Of a stretch of 53,876 nt of DNA, positions 8,085 to 17,913 are shown piece after piece. Every line of letters begins with the position of its first letter. The first letter of the stretch is position 1. The translations under genes were made by a program, and so were the position numbers. This stretch comes from Candidatus Aenigmatarchaeota archaeon. GTDB lineage: Archaea > Aenigmatarchaeota > Aenigmatarchaeia > CG10238-14 > SpSt-28. The notes beneath the pieces are model-generated. The model saw only the letters and a program-made list of their open reading frames with translations. It made no database searches and was not told where the DNA came from. The stretch lies in NCBI GenBank assembly GCA_038742305.1, contig JAVYKI010000001.1, positions 1-53,876 on the forward strand, written 5' to 3'.

Positions 8085-9587
8085 TTGTATATGAAAATAT
8101 TAGAAGAAGTACTTTACTTTGACTTCCAAATATTGCCTGAAAACGCTGAAAAATTTGTATATGCATCTGCCCTAATTACTAGAAAAGATGAGAGTTTAAA
8201 AGAACTAATAGAAAAAATAATTGATGAAAAAAGTATTGAAAATTTTATTAAGACATCCATAGAGGCTGGTCATGCCAGCGTTTCTACACATCCTATAGCT
8301 TGTGGAGAATTTTATGGAAGTAGAGTTTTAGATTACTATTTATCTTCTTCAACATGGGGTTCTAGTTATTTAATCTATTCACAAAGAGTAATAAGGCCTA
8401 GTAAAGAAGATATTTTAATACCAACTAAAATTGTTAATTCAGGTTATGAAAAAGAATTCTTAAAAACTTCTATTAATCAATTTGAAACTTATGAAAATTT
8501 GTTAGAAAGAGATAAGAGTTTTAGAAATTTAGAAAAGGCTAGAAGAGTTATAGGTTTTCAATTTCCAAGTAGAGGAAGTTTTGTACTAACTCTACAGGCT
8601 TTAGCCAATATAGTTAACGGAATAGATTATAAAGATAAATTTGTTCCTAATGAATTGAAAGTTTTGAAAAATAAAGTTATTGAAAAAAGCAAAAATAATA
8701 GATTGCTTTCTGCTATTTTGAACTCTCCAGGTAGTTTAAGAATAACAAGAGAAATTTTTTATAATCCTGAATACTCTTTTGTTTCTAAAATTGCTGAAAG
8801 AGAAAATTTTCCTGAATATATGATTTTAGAAGAAAAACTTCTCGATGAAAATTTATTATCTACTATTCTTGAAGATTTAGGAAAAAAGGAAGAAAAATAT
8901 AGAGATAAAATAATTAAAGAAATTGAAATTGGAAACTTTGAAAACGCAAAGAAATATTATAACGATTTTTCTCGAAAACTTGCATATGATATTCCGTTTT
9001 ATAATTTATATAGTGTTACAGTTTTGATAAAAATGAGCTTAGCAATGTTTAACGAATTTAAAAGACACAGAACAATAAAAATGATTCCAGAATCTATTTA
9101 TAATGCAGTCAAAAGAAGAGAGTTTTACGTACCTAAAGCTTATAAAGGTAAAGAAGAACTTGAAGACTATTACATAAACAGTTTAAATAATTCAGTAGAT
9201 TCTTATGAAAAACTTGTTGAAGATGGAGCTGAAATATCTGAAGCGATATATTTAGTTCCACAAGGTTTGCAAATTTATGTAATTGCTGATTTTGATTTAT
9301 CTCATCTCTTGTTACCATTCAATTTTTACAAAATAAGAAATTGTTTCACTGCAGAAGAAGAAATACAAAACTTTGCAAGAAAATTGCCAACAATTTTGAG
9401 AAGTAGCAAGTATAAAGTTATTAGCAAAGATTTAGTAGAAAAGCATATGATGTATAATGATGAAGTTAAATCAAAATGCCAATTAGGAATATGCCCAGAA
9501 AAAAATTATTGTGAAATAGTTTTTAAATTCAACAAAAAATATAACAAAGAAATTCATGAAAGATTGAGAAGAATTTATTTAATATAG
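8085..9587 (+). CDS. ThyX-like flavin-dependent thymidylate synthase family protein, double length
   Basis: IEAGHASVSTHP resembles the ThyX GHxSV block. FKRHRTIKMIPES fits the RHR-x7-S ThyX motif exactly. 500 aa versus about 220-250 aa for canonical ThyX. The likely true start is the ATG at 8091. Confidence 0.55.
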   Translation: MYMKILEEVLYFDFQILPENAEKFVYASALITRKDESLKELIEKIIDEKSIENFIKTSIEAGHASVSTHPIACGEFYGSRVLDYYLSSSTWGSSYLIYSQRVIRPSKEDILIPTKIVNSGYEKEFLKTSINQFETYENLLERDKSFRNLEKARRVIGFQFPSRGSFVLTLQALANIVNGIDYKDKFVPNELKVLKNKVIEKSKNNRLLSAILNSPGSLRITREIFYNPEYSFVSKIAERENFPEYMILEEKLLDENLLSTILEDLGKKEEKYRDKIIKEIEIGNFENAKKYYNDFSRKLAYDIPFYNLYSVTVLIKMSLAMFNEFKRHRTIKMIPESIYNAVKRREFYVPKAYKGKEELEDYYINSLNNSVDSYEKLVEDGAEISEAIYLVPQGLQIYVIADFDLSHLLLPFNFYKIRNCFTAEEEIQNFARKLPTILRSSKYKVISKDLVEKHMMYNDEVKSKCQLGICPEKNYCEIVFKFNKKYNKEIHERLRRIYLI

Positions 9588-9660
9588 TTTTTTATTTAAG
9601 TAATATTAATTATTTATAATTTACTAAATAAATTAAAAATTAAATAAATAAATAATAGTT

Positions 9661-10044
9661 ATGAGAGCTTTAACAACTTTAGAAATAGTAATAATACTAG
9701 TTATACTAATAGTAACTGCTCTTTTCATTTTGAGTTGGCTAGGAATAGGAACTAATCCTTTAGACTGGTTTAAGAAGGAGTCTATAAGGAATACTTTTTG
9801 TGGAGAAGTACTTTCTAGGGCTAATTGTCAAGTCCAAACTTATAAGTTTGATGAGTATCCTTTAAAAAGTGATGATACTTCAACAAGAATAAAATGTAAA
9901 GATATAGCAGGAAAATGTGTAGGTAAAAGTTCTGAAGATCAAGCAACTTTTGAAGAAATTTGCAACTATTTAGGATATACAGGTACAGGTTATAACTTTT
10001 TTAAAACGTGTCTAGAAAAGGCTTGTGGATGTAAATTTACTTAA
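9661..10044 (+). CDS. prepilin-like secreted Cys-rich protein
   Basis: The N-terminus MRA|LTTLEIVIILVILIV has a basic residue at -2, Ala at -1 and Glu at +5, followed by a hydrophobic helix (class III/type IV prepilin-like). Eight Cys lie in the remaining ~90 aa. Confidence 0.55.
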   Translation: MRALTTLEIVIILVILIVTALFILSWLGIGTNPLDWFKKESIRNTFCGEVLSRANCQVQTYKFDEYPLKSDDTSTRIKCKDIAGKCVGKSSEDQATFEEICNYLGYTGTGYNFFKTCLEKACGCKFT

Positions 10045-11204
10045 CATATATTAACATCTATACTCCTTTTATATTCTTCACTTTTTTCAAACTCTATTTC
10101 TATCAAAATTTTTAAAGTATTAAGCTTTTCAGAATAGTTTTTACAAATTTCTAATTCATTATAAATGCTACATAAGCTATAAGCTCTACTAGTTAATTCT
10201 TTAGAACATTCTGATTCATTCATATCTTTACAAATTCTGCTTATTAAGTTTCGAATTTCTTCACTTTTATTCAATTCTTGAATTTTATCCCTTTCTATTA
10301 CTTTTATATTTACTGGATTAAAAGAACAATATTTATCAAACCTTTTAGAATAAACTTTGCCGTTTACTAAAATATTTAAATCTAAATTACATTCTTGAGA
10401 CTCTATTTCTTCTCTTCTTTCTCCGAAAAAGCTTGAAACTATTAGCGTATAATTTAGAATTTTTGCTCTAAGACTTTTTATTTTTACATTTTCTCCTCTA
10501 AATTCAAAAGAAAGTTCTAAAGGTAATAAATTGTTATAGGGTGTCGGATTTATATATACATAAGTTTCGAAAGGAGCCGAAACACTTAACTTTTTTACAC
10601 TCTCTTTTTCTCCAATTTCTACTTCCAATATATCTTTAACTTTAGAAGAATAGGTAATTTTATTTTCTATTACTGGAGAATATACACAATAAAGATTTCT
10701 TTCTCTTCCATCAACTTTTATACTTTTTTTATCCAAATAATAACATCTGCAATCTTCTAAGCATACTCCATTAGAGCATGCTTTGTTTTTGGAGCATTCT
10801 AAAGGTTGAAAAATATTTTCTTCTTTTTCGCAAAAATTTAAACCAGAAATTTTAGAATTATCAAAAATATTATTGAAAGTTATATCATAGGATTTTGCTT
10901 TTTGGGGTTCTATACTATCTAAAGCTTTATAATTGGCTATTTCTATTTTTCCAATTTTCAAAACAGAAAATAAATCTATATTTACATTTTCCCCAAAATT
11001 ATTAGTAATTTCTGCTCTAAAAACATAGTTATCATTTTGTGCATCTAAAGTATAGTATCTAAAATATACATCTAAGGTTTGATATCTAAAAATTTTTGGA
11101 ATATTAATTATTTCGCTTACTTCAACTTTAGTAATTTCTTTAATTACTAGAAAAGCTATTACAGCTATTACAATCAAAATTATTAGTATAAGTAAAGCAT
11201 TCAT
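10041..11204 (-). CDS. N-terminally anchored Cys-rich extracellular protein, unknown family
   Basis: N-terminal helix MNALLILIILIVIAVIAFLVI. Cys clusters NFCEKEE..LECSKNKACSNGVCLEDCRCYY and a C-terminal Cys-rich region. Last gene of the coupled operon. Confidence 0.6.
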   Translation of the reverse strand: MNALLILIILIVIAVIAFLVIKEITKVEVSEIINIPKIFRYQTLDVYFRYYTLDAQNDNYVFRAEITNNFGENVNIDLFSVLKIGKIEIANYKALDSIEPQKAKSYDITFNNIFDNSKISGLNFCEKEENIFQPLECSKNKACSNGVCLEDCRCYYLDKKSIKVDGRERNLYCVYSPVIENKITYSSKVKDILEVEIGEKESVKKLSVSAPFETYVYINPTPYNNLLPLELSFEFRGENVKIKSLRAKILNYTLIVSSFFGERREEIESQECNLDLNILVNGKVYSKRFDKYCSFNPVNIKVIERDKIQELNKSEEIRNLISRICKDMNESECSKELTSRAYSLCSIYNELEICKNYSEKLNTLKILIEIEFEKSEEYKRSIDVNIC

Positions 11205-11548
11205 AATTTAACTTTATCAACTAAATGAAGTATTAAATCTATTCCAAAAATTTTTTCTATTGGCTCAGCAATTATTTCATATTCTATTTCGCTATTTTCT
11301 ATTTTTAGTATGTTAACTTTAAAATTTAAGTATTGGCCTTTTAATATAAAGCTTTGCTTTTCTGCTTTAACTTTTTCTTTAATTATATTTTTATAAATTT
11401 CTGCTTCGTTAATAATTCTTAAAACTTTAGAAGATAAATCGGATATTTCATGCTCTTTACTTAATAAAGATGCTGTTAAATAAAAAGCTGCTATAAAAAG
11501 TATAAAAGGTAAAAATATTAGAATTAAATTGGCTACTATCCCTTTCAT
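11201..11548 (-). CDS. prepilin-like small protein
   Basis: MKG|IVANLILIFLPFILFIAAF is a short class III-like leader. 115 aa. 4-nt overlaps with both neighbours. Confidence 0.5.
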   Translation of the reverse strand: MKGIVANLILIFLPFILFIAAFYLTASLLSKEHEISDLSSKVLRIINEAEIYKNIIKEKVKAEKQSFILKGQYLNFKVNILKIENSEIEYEIIAEPIEKIFGIDLILHLVDKVKL

Positions 11549-11919
11549 GTCTTAACTAAAAAGCTATATTCTTTAGAATTTATTAAAACTTTGCATTCAT
11601 AAACTTCTTCAAAACTTTTACCAAAAGAAATTTTATATTTTGGAAAAATTATTTCAAAATTATTAAAAAATCTTTTAAGTTCTTGCTCTATATCTTTTGC
11701 ACAATTTAAATTATTTTCATATATTTGCTCTATACAATTTTTGTGTTTGCTGATTAGTATTTGACAAAGAGAAATTGTATTAGAAGGTTTATATATTGGT
11801 TTAAAAGCAATTTCTATTTTTGCTTTTGGCAGGTTATCTAGAATGAAAAACAAAATTGAAAAAGCTATTATAAAAAAGATTATGTTAATAAATGCTGTTA
11901 TTATTTTTGGAACTAGCAT
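11545..11919 (-). CDS. small N-terminal-helix protein (pseudopilin-like architecture)
   Basis: MLVPKIITAFINIIFFIIAFSILFFIL followed by a ~95-aa soluble part. Translationally coupled. Confidence 0.45.
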   Translation of the reverse strand: MLVPKIITAFINIIFFIIAFSILFFILDNLPKAKIEIAFKPIYKPSNTISLCQILISKHKNCIEQIYENNLNCAKDIEQELKRFFNNFEIIFPKYKISFGKSFEEVYECKVLINSKEYSFLVKT

Positions 11920-12293
11920 ACCAAAAGCTTAGATGTTATTAGTTCATTCCCTTTTTTAACTAAAACAGCATAAGAATAAATACTTTTTCTACATCCAAAA
12001 TCTATTATTTCTTTTTCTATTATAAAAGAAAAACTCCTCTTTTTTTCTATACAAAATCTATTTTCTTTAATTTTTTGATAGTCAAAAATTCCTTTAGTAT
12101 TTTCTGCTAAAATGCATTTATCTCCTTTTAAAACTTCTGCAAAGTTTACTATTTCTCTTTCACTTTCATTAGAAATTATAGTAACTTTAAATTCTGAGTA
12201 AAGTATCCATATTCCGAAAACAAAAGAAATAACTATTATTAAAGTCAAAACATCTACCATAAATTCTGGAATTATTGAAATCTGTAACTTCAT
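11913..12293 (-). CDS. small N-terminal-helix protein (pseudopilin-like architecture)
   Basis: MKLQISIIPEFMVDVLTLIIVISFVFGIWIL followed by a ~95-aa soluble part. 7-nt and 4-nt overlaps with neighbours. Confidence 0.45.
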   Translation of the reverse strand: MKLQISIIPEFMVDVLTLIIVISFVFGIWILYSEFKVTIISNESEREIVNFAEVLKGDKCILAENTKGIFDYQKIKENRFCIEKKRSFSFIIEKEIIDFGCRKSIYSYAVLVKKGNELITSKLLVC

Positions 12294-12691
12294 GTTATAC
12301 TAATTTCATCGTTAACTTTACTAATAAAAATGTTGCAGATTAAATTTTCTATACATTCTAAACTAGTTTCTTTTAGTTTAATATAAGAAGGTTTAAAAAG
12401 TTTTGAAGCATAAAAATTTTTTTCTAGGCTAACTGTAACGTTTTCAGAATAAATGTTTATTTTCAAATTTTTTGGTGGCAACTTAATAATAAGCGAAACG
12501 TTATAGCTAGAAGAAAATATATTATTTAAAATTGAAGCTATTGTTTCTGCTGCAAGCTTAGATTCAAACCAACTCCTTTTTAAAAAGAAAAACAAAATTA
12601 TTTGGAAACCATAAATTAAAATTATTGATATAAACAACATTGAGAAAAAAAGAATTAAGTAAGTAATAAATGCTGAAGCTTTTAGGACCAT
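12290..12691 (-). CDS. prepilin-like small protein
   Basis: MVLKA|SAFITYLILFFSMLFISIILIY is a class III-like leader with Lys at -2 and Ala at -1. 133 aa. Confidence 0.5.
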   Translation of the reverse strand: MVLKASAFITYLILFFSMLFISIILIYGFQIILFFFLKRSWFESKLAAETIASILNNIFSSSYNVSLIIKLPPKNLKINIYSENVTVSLEKNFYASKLFKPSYIKLKETSLECIENLICNIFISKVNDEISIT

Positions 12692-15381
12692 TTCGCTAAT
12701 TCTGGCAAGTTTTTATAAACATATGGCCAAGACATTACCCCCTCTCTAAAAGTTAACATTCCTATTCCGAATAAATCAGCTATTAGTTCGCAATGGTCAA
12801 TCGCTGGACCTGCAGAACCTAATAAGCAAGCTTTTATTGCGCCTGCCGTTCCAGTACCTAGAGTTAAAACTGCGCAAACAGAAGCGATAATACATCTTCC
12901 AATAGTTTCTGAAGATTCTGAAGCAATATATGCATTAACATAATTTTCATAAGCATAGCAATAATTTGGATTTTTATTTTTATCTAGCAAAACTTCTACA
13001 AAAATTTTATTATCTTCTATGTATATTTGAGCTTTTCCGTAGCATGGACTAACTAAATAAAATCTAGGATCTTTAGCTACCCAACTATCTCTTTTTAATC
13101 TAACTTCTTCTATTCCAATTTCTTGACAACTTTTTGGCAATTCAAATTGTCTAACGCATGCACCTAACTGAGAGCAAATTTTTCCTTCTTCACATTCGGT
13201 TTGACAACCATATGGCATTTTTTGACCTTCATAGCCATAGTAAGAAAGTAGTTTATCCCAATAACTTGCACCTATAGGAGTATTTAAATCCAAATATCTA
13301 AAAATTGAATAACCAATTGCTCCTCTTCTAAAGAAAACTTGTAAATCTTCTTTTATTCTCAATTGTTTTCCATTAAGCAGGTTTACAAACATTTCAATTT
13401 CTTTTTTATCTTCTTGCTTAAAAATTTCAAAGAAATATTCTCTCAAAGCATCTTTAACTTCTTTTGGATTTGCTTTTGGGCCGAGCTTATCCAAAATATT
13501 TGCAAGCTTAGTATCTTTTTCTACAACTATTCCAAAGCTATGGGACATTTTATCTTTTAAGTTATTAAGTTTATTAATTATTTGATCTAAACTCATTCCG
13601 CTATACTTTTCGATTTTAGCAATAAGCTCTAGGTCTGTATTTTTTTTCTTGATTAATTCGTTAATAACTTCATCTGCGAAATCTTTAACAACTGTATTTG
13701 GAATTATCTTATTGTGCAAAAATGCTTTTTCTTCTAAAAGTGCTAAGTATTTCTTTATAGGTTCGGAAAAAGTTTGTTTTAATATTTTTGAAAAAGATTC
13801 TTCTGGATCGTAAATTACTTTTACAAGATTTCCATCAGCATCATATTCAAGCCTAAAATTTCCTAACCTTTCCAAAAGTTTATTAGTTTTTTGCTTGTAA
13901 TATTCTGCATAATTTTTGAAATCTTCAAAATATTCGTTTCCCTCATCTATATAAAGATTTCCGTTTTCAACAACTTTAAATCCTTTATTTATTAGAGCTG
14001 CTTCGCTTGGCTTATCTGCAATTTCTTCTGGCAACTTATCCAATACTCCTTTAACTTCTTCTAATTCAACTATTCCTTCAGAAAGTAATTCTAAAAATTC
14101 GTTCTCATTTAGCTTTTTTGTTATATAATTTATTTCAGAAGAAATCAAATCTAGCTCCGTATTAACAAAAAATGCCCTTATTCTATACTCTTCTTCATCC
14201 GGTAAATTTTTCAATAAATCTTTTATTTCGCCTACTTTTTTATTAATTTCTTCTAATTTTTCTTTTGCTTTTTGCCATTCTTTATTCTCTATAGCACTTC
14301 TATATTCATCCAAAAGATTATTAGCACTGTCTAATTTTTCAGTAACTTCTTGCTCTATATCACTTATATCTTTACTAAAAAGTTTTTCTTTAAAATACTT
14401 TAGTCTTAAGCTTATAGTATCTTTGGCATTTAAGAAAAATTCTTTAATTTCTCCTTTTACTTGATAATAGAGTTTATCTAATTTTCTTTTAAAATATGGC
14501 CACACCATTTCTTTAGAAATTATTTTAGTAACGTCAAGAAGTACTGCAGAAGATATAGATAAAGTTAAACATTGTTCTAAAGTCATATTTTGAGTAAATA
14601 AGCACACTAAGGTTAAAAATCCGGCTGCTTTACTAATCCAAATTACTTCTTCTTTTCCAGACTCAATATATTTTATTGTTATTTTTATTTTTTCTCCAAC
14701 TTTTGCTGCATAAATTTCTATTTTTTCCAGCTTTTTAACCAAAGTTTCAACTCCTTGCATTATTTCGTTTAATTCTTTTAAGTGTGGCTTTAGTTTATCT
14801 AATATCTCCTCTTTAATTCTTGTTGATAATTCCTGCCTAAACTTGAAAAATCCTTTTTCTAATAAGTTTCTCATATTTTTAGCACCTATTAAATCAAAAT
14901 TTAAGAAAAATGTATAAGTAGCTAAGGAAAATAGTAAATTAGAGCTCCAAGGCAGATCTTCTTGCCAAGGAATAAATACTGCAGCTAAAGTTCCTGCTAA
15001 GCCGGAAATTCCTTGCTCTGTAACATCTAAAATATCATACGGCGGCTCTGGAGGAAAAAATTCCCAATAAAACTTATAATAAGGGTCTCCAAAAATTTGA
15101 AGTGGAAGTTTTTCCTCTTCTAATTTTATCATTCTTTTAAATTCATCAAAAACGTTTGCAAAAGTTTTTTGGGGCAATTCTATATAAACTTCTTCAGGAT
15201 AATCTTTACTAGCTTTTCTATTACATGCAACATCTAAAGCACTATAAAATTTATTAAAGCTTCTTTCAACTATTCTATCGCTTTCATTATGTATTACAAA
15301 CCACCAAAAAAGAAAGCCAATTAATGCTGCAATTCCTACTCCAATAAAAAATCTTATACCAACTTCACTCAAATTTTTCAT
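12682..15381 (-). CDS. large membrane / coiled-coil / Cys-rich protein, unknown family
   Basis: 899 aa. N-terminal TM, further hydrophobic segments near residues 120-170 and 250-290, a long K/E-rich helical middle, a Cys-rich block (PYGCQTECEEGKICSQLGACV...) and a C-terminal hydrophobic Gly/Ala/Cys segment. First gene of the operon. Confidence 0.6.
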   Translation of the reverse strand: MKNLSEVGIRFFIGVGIAALIGFLFWWFVIHNESDRIVERSFNKFYSALDVACNRKASKDYPEEVYIELPQKTFANVFDEFKRMIKLEEEKLPLQIFGDPYYKFYWEFFPPEPPYDILDVTEQGISGLAGTLAAVFIPWQEDLPWSSNLLFSLATYTFFLNFDLIGAKNMRNLLEKGFFKFRQELSTRIKEEILDKLKPHLKELNEIMQGVETLVKKLEKIEIYAAKVGEKIKITIKYIESGKEEVIWISKAAGFLTLVCLFTQNMTLEQCLTLSISSAVLLDVTKIISKEMVWPYFKRKLDKLYYQVKGEIKEFFLNAKDTISLRLKYFKEKLFSKDISDIEQEVTEKLDSANNLLDEYRSAIENKEWQKAKEKLEEINKKVGEIKDLLKNLPDEEEYRIRAFFVNTELDLISSEINYITKKLNENEFLELLSEGIVELEEVKGVLDKLPEEIADKPSEAALINKGFKVVENGNLYIDEGNEYFEDFKNYAEYYKQKTNKLLERLGNFRLEYDADGNLVKVIYDPEESFSKILKQTFSEPIKKYLALLEEKAFLHNKIIPNTVVKDFADEVINELIKKKNTDLELIAKIEKYSGMSLDQIINKLNNLKDKMSHSFGIVVEKDTKLANILDKLGPKANPKEVKDALREYFFEIFKQEDKKEIEMFVNLLNGKQLRIKEDLQVFFRRGAIGYSIFRYLDLNTPIGASYWDKLLSYYGYEGQKMPYGCQTECEEGKICSQLGACVRQFELPKSCQEIGIEEVRLKRDSWVAKDPRFYLVSPCYGKAQIYIEDNKIFVEVLLDKNKNPNYCYAYENYVNAYIASESSETIGRCIIASVCAVLTLGTGTAGAIKACLLGSAGPAIDHCELIADLFGIGMLTFREGVMSWPYVYKNLPELAKWS

Positions 15382-15508
15382 AATTAATGATTATCAATAA
15401 ATATTAATAAAGAAAGCCAATTAATGCTGCAATTCCTACTCCAATAAAAAATCTTATACCAACTTCACTCAAATTTTTCATAATTAATGATTATCAATAA
15501 ATATTAAT
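15309..15508. repeat. perfect 100-bp tandem duplication (2 copies)
   Basis: 15309-15408 and 15409-15508 are identical base for base. Each unit holds the first 72 nt of the 899-aa gene, its ATG, and the 27 bp up to the FlaJ-like start codon. Confidence 0.95.
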
Positions 15509-17500
15509 ATGGATGTTAATAAAATTATTGAAGAATATGAAAAATCAAAAAAATTAAACTTTTATGAAAAGTTTTGCAACTTTTCTTATAACATTTTAAA
15601 GTTTAAACTTTCTCAAGAAGAATTGGAAAAATTTGAAGAAGTAAATAAATTTTGTAGGTTAAAAATTTATCCAGCTTCAAATTTTTCTGCTTCTATTCTT
15701 TTCTTTTTAATTTCCTTTTTCTTTTTAGTTTTCTTATCTTTCTTTATCCCATTTTCAATCCTTTTCTTTTTATTTACTCTTTTTACTTTTATTAGTTTTT
15801 TAATTTACTACTATCCTTTCTTACTAGCTAGAATAATAAGAAGCGTTTCTAGCTCAGAAATAATGCATGCAATAATTTACATGTCAATTTCTTTAAAACA
15901 AGTTCCAAACTTAGAAAGAGCAATAATTTTTACAGCTTCAAACTTGCATGGTTATGTTGGATTAGATTTTAAAGAATTAGCTTCAAAAATAGTATTTGGT
16001 CAAGAAAGTGCTAAAAGCGGATTAATGAAAATAATTGATAAATGGCAAAAAGAAGCTAAAGAGTTTGGAGAAGCTTTAAAAATTTTAATTTCTTATTCTG
16101 AAAATCCTTATTCAGATAAAATGTTAGAAGAAGCTGTAAGAATTGTTCATGAAGACACTTTTTCAAAATTAGAAAAATATTCTAGAAGCTTAAAGCTGCC
16201 TTCAACAATAATTTTAGGATTGGGAATTATTTTGCCTCTGCTTTCTTTAACAATTTTACCTTTATTCTCTATTTTCTTTCCTAGTATTCTTTCTTTTAAC
16301 GTTTTAATTATAATTTTTAATATTTTAATTCCAATACTTTTATTTTCTTTTATTTTAACTATTACTTCTTCTAGGCCATTAACTAGTTCTTATTTATTAA
16401 TAGAAGACCCATTTAAAATTAAAATTGGAAATTATAATTTAAATTTAATTTTAGTTTTATCTTTTATTTCTTTATTGCTTTTTCTTCCTCTCTTTTTAGA
16501 TTTTCTTAACTCTTCGAAAAATTATGAACTTTGTGCAGTATGGTTTTCTACAAAATTTTCAGAATTAAGAAAGCCTCAAGAATTAAATTTAAATAGAGAA
16601 GAATGTTTAGAAATATTGCAAAATACAAATTTCTTATCTTCTGCTTTTCCTTTAATACTTTTAATTTTGCCTTTTTCACTTTTAATTTTTAAAATAAGGA
16701 AAATTTTGTTTATAAGAGAAAGGACAGAAAAAATAGAAAAAGAGTTTAGTTCTGTTATATTCCAAATAGGTTACTATTTGAAATCTGGGAATACTTTAGA
16801 AACCGCAATATTTAAAGGAATTGAGAAATTCGAAAAGTTTGAAATTAGAAAGTTTTTTGAAAAAATTTTATCAAACTTGAGAGTTTACGGAAATTTAAAA
16901 GAAGCTATTTTTGGAGAAAAAGGAGCTATAAAAGATTATCCTTCAACTTTAATTAAAAGCTTTTTTGAAGTAATTGTAGAAACTTATAAAAGAGGTTATT
17001 ATTTTGCTGGAGAAGCCATGTTAAAACTTTCAAGCTTTTTGAATAGTTTGTATAAGCTACAAGATAAAATTGAAGAATTAATAAGTGATGTAGTAAGCAA
17101 TTTAAAATTTATTTCAGTTTTTTTAGTTCCAATAATTACTGGAGCTGGAATTTCATTAGCAATAATTCTTGTTTCAATACTAAATTCCATAGCATTAAAA
17201 TATTTAGAAATTCCTATTTCAAATGAAACAACAATTCCAATTTCTTTACCATTTATTTCTTTTTCTAATGTTGTTCCAATTTATTCTGGCTCTTTAGTTT
17301 TTTCTTTAGGACTTTTTGTGATAGAAATTGTATTAATTTCTAGTTTCTTAATAGTTAGTTTGGAAAAAGGTTTTGAAAAGTATTACTTTATTTCTTCTTC
17401 TATAAAAAACGTTTTAATTGCAATAATATTTTACTTATTAACAATACTTTTCTCTTCTTTCCTAATTCAACCTTTAGTTTCTACTATAACTCAATTTTAG
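15509..17500 (+). CDS. FlaJ/TadC/PilC-like type IV filament platform membrane protein
   Basis: 663 aa. Two helical cytoplasmic blocks with the T2SS-F domain pattern (SEIMHAIIYMSISLKQVPNLERAIIFTASNL... and EFSSVIFQIGYYLKSGNTLETAIFKGIEK...LRVYGNLKEAIF), each followed by TM clusters. Confidence 0.65.
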   Translation: MDVNKIIEEYEKSKKLNFYEKFCNFSYNILKFKLSQEELEKFEEVNKFCRLKIYPASNFSASILFFLISFFFLVFLSFFIPFSILFFLFTLFTFISFLIYYYPFLLARIIRSVSSSEIMHAIIYMSISLKQVPNLERAIIFTASNLHGYVGLDFKELASKIVFGQESAKSGLMKIIDKWQKEAKEFGEALKILISYSENPYSDKMLEEAVRIVHEDTFSKLEKYSRSLKLPSTIILGLGIILPLLSLTILPLFSIFFPSILSFNVLIIIFNILIPILLFSFILTITSSRPLTSSYLLIEDPFKIKIGNYNLNLILVLSFISLLLFLPLFLDFLNSSKNYELCAVWFSTKFSELRKPQELNLNREECLEILQNTNFLSSAFPLILLILPFSLLIFKIRKILFIRERTEKIEKEFSSVIFQIGYYLKSGNTLETAIFKGIEKFEKFEIRKFFEKILSNLRVYGNLKEAIFGEKGAIKDYPSTLIKSFFEVIVETYKRGYYFAGEAMLKLSSFLNSLYKLQDKIEELISDVVSNLKFISVFLVPIITGAGISLAIILVSILNSIALKYLEIPISNETTIPISLPFISFSNVVPIYSGSLVFSLGLFVIEIVLISSFLIVSLEKGFEKYYFISSSIKNVLIAIIFYLLTILFSSFLIQPLVSTITQF

Positions 17501-17616
17501 CTAAAAATTTTTATTAATTCGCTTGCAAAATCTTTCAAATATAAAGCAAAAAATATTGCAAAAGCTATTAAAATTATTAAAACTATTATTGCAATTATTA
17601 GCTTAACTTTTTCCAC
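17497..17616 (-). CDS. micro-protein 7 of array, single TM (GTG start)
   Basis: (M)EKVKLIIAIIVLIILIAFAIFFALYLKDFASELIKIFS*, 39 aa. Overlaps the stop of the preceding micro-ORF. The GTG start makes it the least certain member. Confidence 0.4.
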   Translation of the reverse strand: MEKVKLIIAIIVLIILIAFAIFFALYLKDFASELIKIFS

Positions 17617-17749
17617 TCCAAGGCTTAGGTATTTTTATATTTTTTATTATCTCCCAAACTTTTCCTGAAGAAAAAACTAAGTAAACAACTATTATAATTA
17701 TTATCAAAAGAATTATTCCGAAAACTAGCCAAAGTTCGTCTTCTATCAT
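17603..17749 (-). CDS. micro-protein 6 of array, single TM
   Basis: MIEDELWLVFGIILLIIIIIVVYLVFSSGKVWEIIKNIKIPKPWSGKS*, 48 aa. ATGA overlap with the upstream micro-ORF. Confidence 0.55.
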   Translation of the reverse strand: MIEDELWLVFGIILLIIIIIVVYLVFSSGKVWEIIKNIKIPKPWSGKS

Positions 17750-17907
17750 TTTTTAATTCCAATTATTTCTAAAAACTTTGATAAATTGAAAATATCGCCT
17801 ATACTTCTTATTCCTTGCTCTTTGCTCAAGTTTATTATTACTAAAATTATTATAAAGACTAATACTGCAATTATTATTACAATAATTAGCCAAATTGTTT
17901 GCTCCAT
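17746..17907 (-). CDS. micro-protein 5 of array, single TM
   Basis: MEQTIWLIIVIIIAVLVFIIILVIINLSKEQGIRSIGDIFNLSKFLEIIGIKK*, 53 aa. Confidence 0.55.
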   Translation of the reverse strand: MEQTIWLIIVIIIAVLVFIIILVIINLSKEQGIRSIGDIFNLSKFLEIIGIKK

Positions 17908-17913
17908 AATATA

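Noticed and set aside
9133-9318. Track ORF 9133..9318(-)
   Set aside because: Antisense to the ThyX-like gene, with no features of its own.
13363-13560. Track ORF 13363..13560(+)
   Set aside because: Antisense inside the 899-aa gene. F/I/K-rich shadow frame.
16999-17190. Track ORF 16999..17190(-)
   Set aside because: Antisense inside the flaJ-like gene.
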